64,000 nt of DNA from Victivallales bacterium (GTDB lineage: Bacteria > Verrucomicrobiota > Lentisphaeria > Victivallales > UBA1829). The notes beneath the pieces are model-generated. The model did no database searches. It had not been told where the DNA came from and was given only the letters and a program-made list of their open reading frames with translations. Positions 34,279-43,010 of the stretch are shown here, in pieces (position 1 is the first letter of the stretch; each line of letters opens with the position of its first letter). The DNA lies in assembly GCA_045612485.1 (NCBI GenBank), contig JAZKZE010000121.1, forward strand, positions 7,337 to 71,336, written 5' to 3'. Position numbers and translations under genes: made by a program.

Positions 34279-35484
34279 TTATTCGATGATTTCAGTTACG
34301 CGTCCGGAAGCAACGGTACGGCCGCCTTCACGGATAGCGAAACGCTGGGTCTTTTCCATAGCGATGGGGGCGATGAGTTCCACATTGATGGTCACTCTGT
34401 CACCAGGCATTACCATGGGAACATCATCGGGAAGCTGGATGATACCAGTCACGTCAGTTGTTCTGAAGTAGAACTGAGGTCTGTAGTTGGAGACGAACTG
34501 TTTGTGACGTCCACCTTCTTCTTTGGTCAGAACGTAGAGTTCAGCAGTGAACTTCTTGTGAGGAGTGATAGAACCGGGTTTGGCAAGAACCTGACCACGT
34601 TCCACTTCTTCTTTCTTGGTACCGCGGAGGAGGCAACCGATATTGTCACCAGCTTCACCTCTGTCGAGTTCCTTGTGGAACATTTCAACACCGGTAATGG
34701 TGGTTTTGGTGGTGTCTCTGAGACCGACGATTTCAACTTCATCACCTTTAACAACAACACCGCGTTCCACACGACCGGTAACCACTGTACCACGACCTTC
34801 GATAGAGAAGATATCTTCGATAGGCATAAGGAAGGGTTTGTCGGTTTCGCGTTCGGGTTCGGGTACCCAGCTGTCACAGGCGTCCATCAGATTCTGAATG
34901 CATTCACAGGCAGGATCGTTGGGATCAGTAGCCTGGAGAGCAGGATATGCAGCACCTCTCACAATGGGGGTATCAGCATCAAAGTCATATTTTTCCAGAA
35001 GTTCGCGAATTTCCATTTCAACGAGTTCGAGAAGTTCGGGATCGTCAACGAGGTCAACCTTGTTAAGGAACACGATCAAACGGGGAACACCGACCTGTTT
35101 TGCAAGGAGGATGTGTTCACGGGTCTGGGGCATGGGGCCATCAACAGCACTTACTACGAGGATGGCACCGTCCATCTGAGCAGCACCGGTAATCATGTTT
35201 TTGATATAGTCAGCATGGCCGGGGCAGTCAACGTGTGCATAGTGACGGTTGGCGGTCTGATATTCCACGTGGGATGTAGCAATGGTCAGAATCTTGGTGG
35301 AGTCACGACGACCCTGAGATTCAGATGCTTTAGCAACCTGGTCATAGGGAATGTAATCCGCAAGACCTTTGAGGTTCTGCACATGGGTAATAGCAGCAGT
35401 GAGGGTGGTTTTGCCGTGGTCAACGTGTCCGATGGTACCAACGTTCACGTGAGGCTTCTCTCTTACAAATTTTTCTTTGGCCAT
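34279..35484 (-). CDS. tuf: Elongation factor Tu
   Basis: 401 aa with G1 [10 protein letters not shown]3 DCPGHADY and G4 NKVD motifs. It has an unusual 5-aa longer switch I segment (see findings). Confidence 0.98.
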   Translation of the reverse strand: MAKEKFVREKPHVNVGTIGHVDHGKTTLTAAITHVQNLKGLADYIPYDQVAKASESQGRRDSTKILTIATSHVEYQTANRHYAHVDCPGHADYIKNMITGAAQMDGAILVVSAVDGPMPQTREHILLAKQVGVPRLIVFLNKVDLVDDPELLELVEMEIRELLEKYDFDADTPIVRGAAYPALQATDPNDPACECIQNLMDACDSWVPEPERETDKPFLMPIEDIFSIEGRGTVVTGRVERGVVVKGDEVEIVGLRDTTKTTITGVEMFHKELDRGEAGDNIGCLLRGTKKEEVERGQVLAKPGSITPHKKFTAELYVLTKEEGGRHKQFVSNYRPQFYFRTTDVTGIIQLPDDVPMVMPGDRVTINVELIAPIAMEKTQRFAIREGGRTVASGRVTEIIE

Positions 35485-35595
35485 TTCGGTCCTCCTTTTT
35501 GTGACAGTCGAATTAAACCGTCCAACATTTTTTTTGTTTGAAAAAAGTATGTTATATTCAAGTTGTTTGTTATTCCGCCGGATCGAAAAAGAAAC

Positions 35596-35671
35596 TGGAG
35601 CCTACGACCGGAGTTGAACCGGTGACCTCATCCTTACCAAGGATGTGCTCTACCAACTGAGCTACGTAGGC
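35596..35671 (-). tRNA. tRNA-Thr (anticodon GGT), CCA end encoded
   Basis: Acceptor gcctacg/cgtaggc, D arm gctc/gagc, anticodon stem catcc/ggatg with loop ttGGTaa, T arm accgg-ttcaact-ccggt. Confidence 0.93.
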
Positions 35672-35710
35672 ATATACCATATCGTACCTGTTCGATGACA
35701 GCAGAACACT

Positions 35711-35738
35711 AATATACACCGGTTTTTCTCTTTTTCAA
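35711..35738 (-). promoter_or_regulatory. Candidate sigma70-type promoter for tRNA-Thr/tuf
   Basis: On the minus strand: TTGAAA (35738-35733), a 16-nt spacer, then TATATT (35716-35711), about 35 nt upstream of the mature tRNA-Thr 5' end. Confidence 0.4.
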
Positions 35739-35843
35739 GCGGTTTTGCGAAAAAATATTGATTATTTCACATCCTTGCGTTTTTTATCCGCAAGTACCAT
35801 TTTCTACAACCGGAGAATTCTATTCTACTTGTCATAAAAAAAA

Positions 35844-35927
35844 TGGTGCTCGAGGGGAGACTCGAACTCCCACGGATCGCTCCACTAGCACCTCAAGCTA
35901 GCGCGTCTGCCATTCCGCCACTCGAGC
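35844..35927 (-). tRNA. tRNA-Leu (anticodon GAG), type II long variable arm, CCA end encoded
   Basis: Acceptor gctcgag/ctcgagc, discriminator A73, 3-bp D stem gcg/cgc, anticodon stem ctagc/gctag with loop ttGAGgt, 13-nt variable arm tggagcgatccgt, T arm gggag-ttcgagt-ctccc. Confidence 0.9.
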
Positions 35928-35963
35928 ACATTGCTCAGACAGTTTTTCCTGTCAATGCTAACT

Positions 35964-35991
35964 ACTTTACACCATTTTTTTCATTTGTCAA
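35964..35991 (-). promoter_or_regulatory. Candidate sigma70-type promoter for tRNA-Leu
   Basis: On the minus strand: a perfect TTGACA (35991-35986), a 16-nt spacer, then TAAAGT (35969-35964), about 30 nt upstream of the tRNA-Leu 5' end. Confidence 0.4.
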
Positions 35992-36012
35992 GCCAAAAAG
36001 TAAAAAAAATCG

Positions 36013-36060
36013 CATTTTTCTTCATTTTTTCCATTTTTTTCTGTTTTTGCGGTCATTTTT
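36013..36060. repeat. Phased T5-T7 tracts at about 10-bp spacing (predicted intrinsically bent DNA)
   Basis: T-tracts start at 36015, 36025, 36034, 36044 and 36056, most preceded by CA. More A/T tracts lie at 35975-35981, 35995-35999 and 36002-36009. Confidence 0.6.
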
Positions 36061-37278
36061 CAGCCTTTTTTCACTCTGATCGTTGCTGCGAACAGCGAAT
36101 TGCATACTGCCATGACCGCAGCAAACACAAACAATACCTCTACTCCCAACTTCTGCCACACCCAGCCACCAAGCGGAGCAGACAATATTGCTATAAAATG
36201 GTTGATGGAGATCCCGGTAGACAATGTTGAGGTAAGTTCATCCCGGTTTGACGCAAGCGTACGCACATATATATTGGTAGCAAGAGCTGTTGTACTCAAT
36301 ATCGTGTCAAGCAGAAAGTTTATACACAATACTGCGGTAACTGCACATACAGGAAACAACTTCCCGGCATATCCGTACATCAGACATACGCCGCTTAATA
36401 TTACCGTATCCCAGATCATTACATTACGGTACCCCCAGCGGTCCGTGATCTTTCCTACAGCAGGTCCTGCAAATATGTTTACAAAAGCACACACGCCCAT
36501 AAGCATCGCCATTTGTGCTGTGGTAAAATCATATTCCTTTATAAGCACATACGGGGCAAAGGTGATGAAGATCTGTTTCCGCGCCCCGTAAAAGAGTTCC
36601 AGAGCATAAAACTTTGAAAACTTCCGGTCAAGAAAAAGTCTGGGACGTTTTGAGGGTTCATTGGGTGCATTTTTTGAAAATGTACTGACAATACTTATCA
36701 GCATCAGCAGAGCTATAAAGATCCATAGTACATGAAACAGTGTTTTTTTCAGACTGGGCAAGCAGTTTCACCCCCACAAAAAACAGCGCGGCAACAATGA
36801 GACTGCCCGCCACACTTCCGAAATTCATCATTCCTGTAAGAAATCCCAGGGACTGCCCTGCATGCTCCGCCTTTGCCACCTGCATGGCAATAGAGGATCT
36901 TACCGGCATAACAAGATGTTCCCCCATACTCCAGATCATAATAAATGCTGTAACAAAGATCTTATCCGCAGGCACAAGCAGAAGTGCCGCACCCGCCATG
37001 GATATAAGTATCCCGATCCGCATGATCTTCCAATCGCTCACTTTATACAGCAGTGCAAGCACAAAAACCAGCAGAAGTCCGGGCAGTTCCCTGAAAAATT
37101 CAAGCCAGCCGCGTTCCACGCTGTCCATCCGGTAAACATCTGCAAGAAAATTATTCATTGCCGCAGAAAAACACCCTACAGCGATCCCCCATACAAAAAT
37201 ACTCAGAAAAAACGCTCCTGCGCCGGAATCTTTTTTGAATATTCCCCTGATTTTTTCCACACTTTCAGACACGATCAT
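36060..37278 (-). pseudogene. MFS transporter split by a +1 frameshift at an A7 homopolymer (or a sequencing error)
   Basis: ORFs 36658..37350 and 36060..36761 are each a hydrophobic half of about 6 TM helices, and they overlap by 104 nt in adjacent frames. Removing one A from the A7 run (36743-36749) joins them as ...VKLLAQSEKTLFHVLWIF... . The likely start is MIVSESVEK at 37278 (AGAGGAG upstream). Confidence 0.7.
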
Positions 37279-37303
37279 ATTTTCTCCTCTTTCTGTGATC
37301 TTT

Positions 37304-38230
37304 TCATTCATTTTCCGCAGTGATATAGTCATGGAGAATCCGTATATCATTCACACTCCCATGAGTGATCTCCAGTACAAAAAACCGCAATCCGCCATCA
37401 TAAAGAAGTCTTGCCGCTTTTGCCAGATTTTCCTCTTTATTCTGTACGGTAAGCGGCATGTGTCCATCGCTCCATTTTTCTTTCGGTACACTGCTGTCCC
37501 ACACAGAAGCATGAAAATGACACATTTTTACAAGACCCGATGCCATCGCTTTTTCGATCTCTCCGTGAAAATCCCTGTCTGCAAGATGCGCTGAGATCCA
37601 GAGGTGTCCCATATCCAGACAGATGGGATGCTCAAGTTTCACCATATCTGAGGGAAACATATTCATACTTCCAAACGCTGGAAAATCGTTTTCTATGCAC
37701 AATGTAAAATCCGGATATTCCGCCCGGATTTCCGCAAGATTTTTCCGCAGGAAGTCATACCGGAACGAAAACTCTTCTTCTCCGGTAAAATCCCGGTTGA
37801 GCCAGCTTCCTTCACAGAAGGCCAACTCCTTACGGTAAACCTCCCTCATACAATCGTAATATCCTTTTCCATGCCCGAATGCTTCCGGAGATACATCACT
37901 CATCAAAGCTCCGTGAAAAACAGACATATTTATGCCAGATTTCCGCATATACGCTATATTTTCTTCAATATCGGCAAATACTGCGGAAATTTTATCTGTT
38001 GCCAGATTCCAGTTTCTCGGCATATTCAATGGTGCATGAGCAGTCAGCGGAACACCTTCAGCAACCAGCATTTTGACCTGTTCTTCCGGTGCGGTATTAT
38101 GCAGCTGTATTCCAAATTCCCAGTTGATTTTTTCACAATATTCGCGACAGGAAGAAAGTAAAGTTCGCCAATCCCCTTTCAACAAAGCTGTTGAACTCAT
38201 ATCCACCCGGATATTCTCTGTATTTTTCAT
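37304..38230 (-). CDS. Xylose-isomerase-like TIM-barrel protein (sugar-phosphate isomerase/epimerase family), function unknown
   Basis: 308 aa. The pattern of conserved His/Glu/Asp (HAP, VFHG, CIEND, LDMGH, HFHAS) resembles the AP-endonuclease-2/xylose-isomerase TIM fold. This is a weak assignment. Confidence 0.5.
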   Translation of the reverse strand: MKNTENIRVDMSSTALLKGDWRTLLSSCREYCEKINWEFGIQLHNTAPEEQVKMLVAEGVPLTAHAPLNMPRNWNLATDKISAVFADIEENIAYMRKSGINMSVFHGALMSDVSPEAFGHGKGYYDCMREVYRKELAFCEGSWLNRDFTGEEEFSFRYDFLRKNLAEIRAEYPDFTLCIENDFPAFGSMNMFPSDMVKLEHPICLDMGHLWISAHLADRDFHGEIEKAMASGLVKMCHFHASVWDSSVPKEKWSDGHMPLTVQNKEENLAKAARLLYDGGLRFFVLEITHGSVNDIRILHDYITAENE

Positions 38231-38241
38231 CCTGCGCCCCC

Positions 38242-39264
38242 TTATTTTTCCCCTTTTCTGTTTTTCATGAAAATAACTGCTTTTTCTGTAACGACATAAC
38301 TGCCCCCTGCCCCGTCAGCAGTAAAGATCTCTTCTGCAAATCCGGCAGCTCGCAAATTGCGCAAATGGCGTACGGTTTCCTCTTCAGGTAAAGTAAGTTT
38401 TTCTGCAAGGGAAGTAAGTTGGCAGGGCTTTTCTTCTGCAAGGAAAATTTCCAGAAGATTAAATTCGATATCTGTAAAAGTTTTTTCAGGCGGACGTTTC
38501 TTTACTGCGGGGATCTCAACAGGCACACTTTTCCCCAGAACCTTTGCAAACATCTCCAGAGTATCGGAAGAAACAACTTTCAATGAGGAAAACAATCCGG
38601 GTCTGTCAAGGAAATTCAACTGGACAGCATCCGGCAGGATCTTCTCAACAAGCAGCCGGAATCTTTCCGCAGATTGTACAGAATCATTGATTCCCGGGAC
38701 AAGAAAAATCTCAAGAAACATTTGACATTTCCCCTTGCTCTCCCTTCTGAAATCCATGATCCCGGAAAGGATTTTTTCAAAGGTCACGCTTTTTTCGGGG
38801 CGGTTGATTGCACTGAATTCCTCCATACAGGAACCATCCAGAGAAGGAATGACAAGATGCACCTGTGACGCGATATTCCTTACGGCAGGATCACAGAAAA
38901 GAGAAGCATTGGTCAGAAGACAGATCTTCAGGGAAGGATAATTTTTTTTCACATGGGAAACGATCTCCCCGAATGACAAAGAGAGCGTAGGCTCCCCAAG
39001 TCCGGAAAAAGTCACATAATCCAGTGCATATTCCCCCATCTTCTGCTTGCGCTGCAAAAGCACCTCATCCAGCTCTCTGAGCACTGTTTCCGCAGGAAAA
39101 AATTCTTTGCGGATATTGGTGAGAAGGGTAGTGGAACCGCACTCACAGTAGATACAATCCATGGAACAGGTCTTGAAAGGGACAAGATTGATCCCCAGAG
39201 AACGTCCCAGCCGGCGGGATGCCACCGGTCCGAATATAAATTTTTGACTACAACTTTTCTGCAT
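38242..39264 (-). CDS. Radical SAM protein with a C-terminal winged-helix-like domain
   Basis: CxxxCxxC cluster motif CSMDCIYC after FGPVASRRLGRSLGINL, and a glycine-rich SAM motif GLGEPT. The C-terminal 80 aa or so (LLEIFLAEEKPCQLTSLAEKLTLPEEETVRHLRNLRAAGF) looks like a wHTH. Confidence 0.8.
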   Translation of the reverse strand: MQKSCSQKFIFGPVASRRLGRSLGINLVPFKTCSMDCIYCECGSTTLLTNIRKEFFPAETVLRELDEVLLQRKQKMGEYALDYVTFSGLGEPTLSLSFGEIVSHVKKNYPSLKICLLTNASLFCDPAVRNIASQVHLVIPSLDGSCMEEFSAINRPEKSVTFEKILSGIMDFRRESKGKCQMFLEIFLVPGINDSVQSAERFRLLVEKILPDAVQLNFLDRPGLFSSLKVVSSDTLEMFAKVLGKSVPVEIPAVKKRPPEKTFTDIEFNLLEIFLAEEKPCQLTSLAEKLTLPEEETVRHLRNLRAAGFAEEIFTADGAGGSYVVTEKAVIFMKNRKGEK

Positions 39265-39378
39265 ATTGCTCTGAAACTCCTGAAAATACCCGAAAACTCA
39301 CTTCAACAGTGGAAAATCCTGTTGCATAAACATTCATCACCTGTTATATTAATATATTCACTTTTCCCGCTTTTTACA

Positions 39379-40548
39379 ATGCCGGAGAATAAAAATAAAC
39401 TTCTGAAAATGGAGGCTACATTGCTGGACTGGACTCAAATTTATGCGGCAGTATTCATTGTCGCTCTGGGTTTTTCTTTGCTGCTGACCCCGCTGTGCAG
39501 GATCATTGCAAGAAAAACAGGATTTCTGGATGTTCCCAAATGCGAAAACCACAAACTGCATAAAAATGCCACTCCCCTGCTGGGCGGGGCGGCAATGTAT
39601 GGAGCATGGATCCTTACAGTTGCGGCAGGTTTTCTTGCAGCAAAATTTCTCCTTCCGGGAACAAGCGGGGAAGCAAAACTTTCCTCCGATCTGCAGGGGA
39701 TCCATTTTGTTGCAACAGATTTTACAGTGATCTGCATCTGTGCGTTTGCCGCAGTCATACTGGGGCTGATCGATGATAAATATCCTCTGAAAGCAAGTAC
39801 AAAATTTGCAGGTCAGCTTGTAATAGCAGTAGTAACAGCTCTTTTCAGTCATACAAAGATCTCCCTGTTTGTGGGGGTTCCCGGTTTTTCTTTTGTGATC
39901 ACGGTCATGTGGTTTCTTTTCATTTTCAATTCCATAAACTTTTTTGACAACATGGATGGACTTGCCGCGGGAACAGCGGCTATCGCATTCTCCTTTTTTA
40001 CGGCAGCGGCAATCTGGAACGAACAGTATTTTGTGGCGACTCTGGGGGCAAGTCTTGCCGGAAGCGTGATCGGTTTCTGGTTCTTCAATCATTCCCCGGC
40101 GTCTATTTTCATGGGAGACAGCGGCAGTCATTTTCTGGGGTACATGCTCGCCGTCATCAGTGCAAAAACCACCTATTACACACCGGATGTTTCCGCATTT
40201 CAGATGAATATCCTCATTCCGGTATTCATACTGGCAGTACCAATTTTCGATACGATCGCGGTAATGGTCATACGCATACTCAACGGCAAGCCGGTTTATG
40301 TGGGGGATCACAATCACATTTCCCACCGCTTCCATCACATGGGCATGACAAGAAAACGGGCTGTTCTTCTTGTACATATCCTGGGGATCATCTCCGGCCT
40401 GGGGGCGATGCCGTTACTGTGGGGTGACAGAAAGTCATGTATTCTTCTTCTGATACAGGGGCTTGCCATACTCCTTCTCCTGACTCTTCTGCAGCACTTC
40501 GGGAAGGGGACAGATCCGGAACTTTCCGGTAAAGAAAACAACAAATGA
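39379..40548 (+). CDS. Glycosyltransferase family 4 polyprenyl-phosphate sugar-1-phosphate transferase (MraY/WecA family)
   Basis: Polytopic membrane protein with NFFDNMDGLAAG and MGDSGSHFLGY motifs. The start is ATG 39379 or 39409; the track start at 39244 overlaps the divergent radical SAM gene. Confidence 0.85.
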   Translation: MPENKNKLLKMEATLLDWTQIYAAVFIVALGFSLLLTPLCRIIARKTGFLDVPKCENHKLHKNATPLLGGAAMYGAWILTVAAGFLAAKFLLPGTSGEAKLSSDLQGIHFVATDFTVICICAFAAVILGLIDDKYPLKASTKFAGQLVIAVVTALFSHTKISLFVGVPGFSFVITVMWFLFIFNSINFFDNMDGLAAGTAAIAFSFFTAAAIWNEQYFVATLGASLAGSVIGFWFFNHSPASIFMGDSGSHFLGYMLAVISAKTTYYTPDVSAFQMNILIPVFILAVPIFDTIAVMVIRILNGKPVYVGDHNHISHRFHHMGMTRKRAVLLVHILGIISGLGAMPLLWGDRKSCILLLIQGLAILLLLTLLQHFGKGTDPELSGKENNK

Positions 40549-40563
40549 TCAGAGGTTCTGACT

Positions 40564-42945
40564 ATGAAAATCAATACAGCATGCAACGGTAATTCCACAC
40601 GTTTTGAACGCGTCGGAGGCTCTCTTCAGCCCCGGATCTGTACAGGAAGCGACCTGAAAAAAATCCTTGAACTTGACCCGGCACAATGGGCTGTCACCAG
40701 CATAGAAACTGCAAAGTACAGTTGCGATGCAGAGTTTCTTGCTTTTCTTGACTCTGACCATAACGGCAAGATCCGGGTGGATGAGGTTAAAGAGGCGATT
40801 GCCTGGGTACTGCCCAGAGTAAAAGATTTTGAAGGATTTGAAAAAGGCTCCCAGGAGCTTGTTTTTTCCACATTGAACTGTGATACCCCGGAAGGTGCAG
40901 CCATTGCAAAATCAGCAAAATTTGCCATGAAAAATGCGGGGCTTCCGGATGCGGAAAAGATTACTCTTGCAGAGATCCGCGATCATAAAAAACTCATCTC
41001 CTACGGTCTTTCCAACGGCGACGGAGTCGTTCCTCCGGAACAGGTCTGTGTGGAAGACCTTTCCGCCTTTGCCGCACTTGTCATGTCCTGCTGCGGTAAA
41101 GTTCAGGATCTTTCCGGAGCGGACGGTATTGATTCTGCCATTGTTGCCTCCTTCGTTGATAAGGCAGGAAAATATATCGCATGGAAAAAGATGCCTGCGA
41201 CAGATCCTGCCATCTTTTTCAAAGGGGAAAATACCGCTGCACTTTATGGAAAATTTACGGCGGTCAAAGAAAAAACCGATGAATATTTCCGGCTCTGTCA
41301 GGTAATGGCACTTGCAGAGGGGAATGTAAATATTTCCACACCCTCCCTTGATCCTCTGAACGTGGATTCCCTGGATGCCTTTATGAAAACAGCTCCCATT
41401 GCCAGGGCAACAGAAAAAGAGGTTCTGGATCTGAAAAGCAAGCTCAATCCTGTATGGAAAAAACCTCTGGAAGATTTCTTCACAGCTTTTGTACCGGAAA
41501 AAACTGTTATTTCCGGAGAAGATTGGAAAAATATATGCAATGAATTTCTTCCCTACACCAAATGGGTCACCGGCAAACCCTGCGATAATTTTGATTCATT
41601 CGATGAGGAAAAACTTGCAAAACTGGAAAAAGATCTTGCGGAAGGAATGGCAGGCAAACTGGAGGAACTTATTGCCCTGGACAAATCTTCCGGGGAAAAT
41701 GTGATGTGTTTTTCCCAGGTACGCAAGCTCATTCTTTTCCAGCAGAACCTTTTTGAGTTTCTCAATAACTATGTGAGTTTGAAAGCACTGTTTGTTCTTG
41801 AACACTCCTCCATGCTCCAGCACGGGGAACTGATCATGGACGGAAGACATTTTTCCCTTGTCACTCCCCTTGCGGCAATAGCGGAACACAAAAAACTTGC
41901 AAGCAAATGCAATATCTGTGTCATGTATATTGAAACCGTAACGGGAGAAGGAGCAGCGTTGAAAAAGCAATCCTACGCTGTTGCCGTGACCTCCGGGGAT
42001 ATGAACAATCTGTTTGTGGGGAAATGCGGTATATTCATCACATTTGACAACAAAGTGTGTGATGCAAAAGTCGTAGATTTCATCCAGCAGCCGGTATCTT
42101 TTTCTGAAGCCCTGAAAATGCCCTTCCATAAATTCGGGGAACTGGTGGGCAAGCAGATGGATAAATTCTTCTCTGCCCGTTCCAAAGAGGTGGAAACAGG
42201 TGTAACAAAATCCTTTACGGAAGCCCAGACCTTCAAACCCGGCACAACCCCTCCCCCTGCCAAACCTCCTGTCCCCGGCAAACTGCCTGCGACAGCACAG
42301 ACTCCTGCTTTCAGCGGTTCCATGATGCTTATGGGAGGCGGTCTGGGGATCGCGGCCATCGGAAGTTCCTTTGCATTTATGGCTCAGGCAATGAAGAATG
42401 TATCTGTATGGAATGTACTGTTCGTATTTCTGTGCATCATCCTTATTTTCAGCGGACCGCTGGTCATCATGTCCCTTATCAAACTTTACAGAAGAAGTAT
42501 TTCCTCCTTCCTTGAAGCCGGAGGGGTAGCCATCAACAAAAGGATGCGTCTTACAAGAAAAATGGGAGCGATCTTTACGCGGGAGCCTGTGGTTCCCCTG
42601 AAGTGTTATCTGGATTCCGCGGACATCGTCAACGGTACATTTGCCAAACTTGCCGAAATGGAAAACCGCAGCAATGCATTGCGGAAAACAGTATGGATCG
42701 TTGTTGCGATCCTCATCCTCCTTGTCACAGGTATTGTGATCTGCTTCAAATGCTGTCCGGATTCCGCAGCAGAGAAATGGCTGGTGAAAAGATTTACAAA
42801 GACTGCTGTTGAAAAGCCGGTCAAATGTGATAAAGAGAAAAAAGCTGCTGATGCAAAACAGACTGCAAAAGCTGATACGGAAAATAAAAAAACGGATAAT
42901 GCAGTAAAAACAGGAGCAAAAGCTCCGGAAACAAAAAAGAAATGA
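40564..42945 (+). CDS. Large hypothetical membrane protein with one canonical EF-hand loop
   Basis: 793 aa. The loop DSDHNGKIRVDE (40750-40785) fits the 12-residue EF-hand consensus at positions 1, 3, 5, 6, 8 and 12. Then come about 570 aa of soluble sequence, a Pro-rich linker, 2-3 TM helices and a Lys-rich tail. Confidence 0.8.
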   Translation: MKINTACNGNSTRFERVGGSLQPRICTGSDLKKILELDPAQWAVTSIETAKYSCDAEFLAFLDSDHNGKIRVDEVKEAIAWVLPRVKDFEGFEKGSQELVFSTLNCDTPEGAAIAKSAKFAMKNAGLPDAEKITLAEIRDHKKLISYGLSNGDGVVPPEQVCVEDLSAFAALVMSCCGKVQDLSGADGIDSAIVASFVDKAGKYIAWKKMPATDPAIFFKGENTAALYGKFTAVKEKTDEYFRLCQVMALAEGNVNISTPSLDPLNVDSLDAFMKTAPIARATEKEVLDLKSKLNPVWKKPLEDFFTAFVPEKTVISGEDWKNICNEFLPYTKWVTGKPCDNFDSFDEEKLAKLEKDLAEGMAGKLEELIALDKSSGENVMCFSQVRKLILFQQNLFEFLNNYVSLKALFVLEHSSMLQHGELIMDGRHFSLVTPLAAIAEHKKLASKCNICVMYIETVTGEGAALKKQSYAVAVTSGDMNNLFVGKCGIFITFDNKVCDAKVVDFIQQPVSFSEALKMPFHKFGELVGKQMDKFFSARSKEVETGVTKSFTEAQTFKPGTTPPPAKPPVPGKLPATAQTPAFSGSMMLMGGGLGIAAIGSSFAFMAQAMKNVSVWNVLFVFLCIILIFSGPLVIMSLIKLYRRSISSFLEAGGVAINKRMRLTRKMGAIFTREPVVPLKCYLDSADIVNGTFAKLAEMENRSNALRKTVWIVVAILILLVTGIVICFKCCPDSAAEKWLVKRFTKTAVEKPVKCDKEKKAADAKQTAKADTENKKTDNAVKTGAKAPETKKK

Positions 42946-43010
42946 TCTTTTTCTGCAACAAATACAAAACGGAATAAAACAATTTTTACCATAAAAAAAG
43001 GAGCAATATA

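Noticed and set aside
34267-35541. 424-aa ORF on the plus strand
   Set aside because: Codon-aligned antisense shadow of tuf.
35950-35955. Second perfect TTGACA upstream of tRNA-Leu
   Set aside because: A -10 element at the proper spacing would fall on the tRNA 5' end (aatgtg). It is more likely part of the leader than a second promoter.
35843-36079. 78-aa plus-strand ORF
   Set aside because: It overlaps the tRNA-Leu gene and then runs through the T-tract region, giving a poly-Phe/Ser product. It is not coding.
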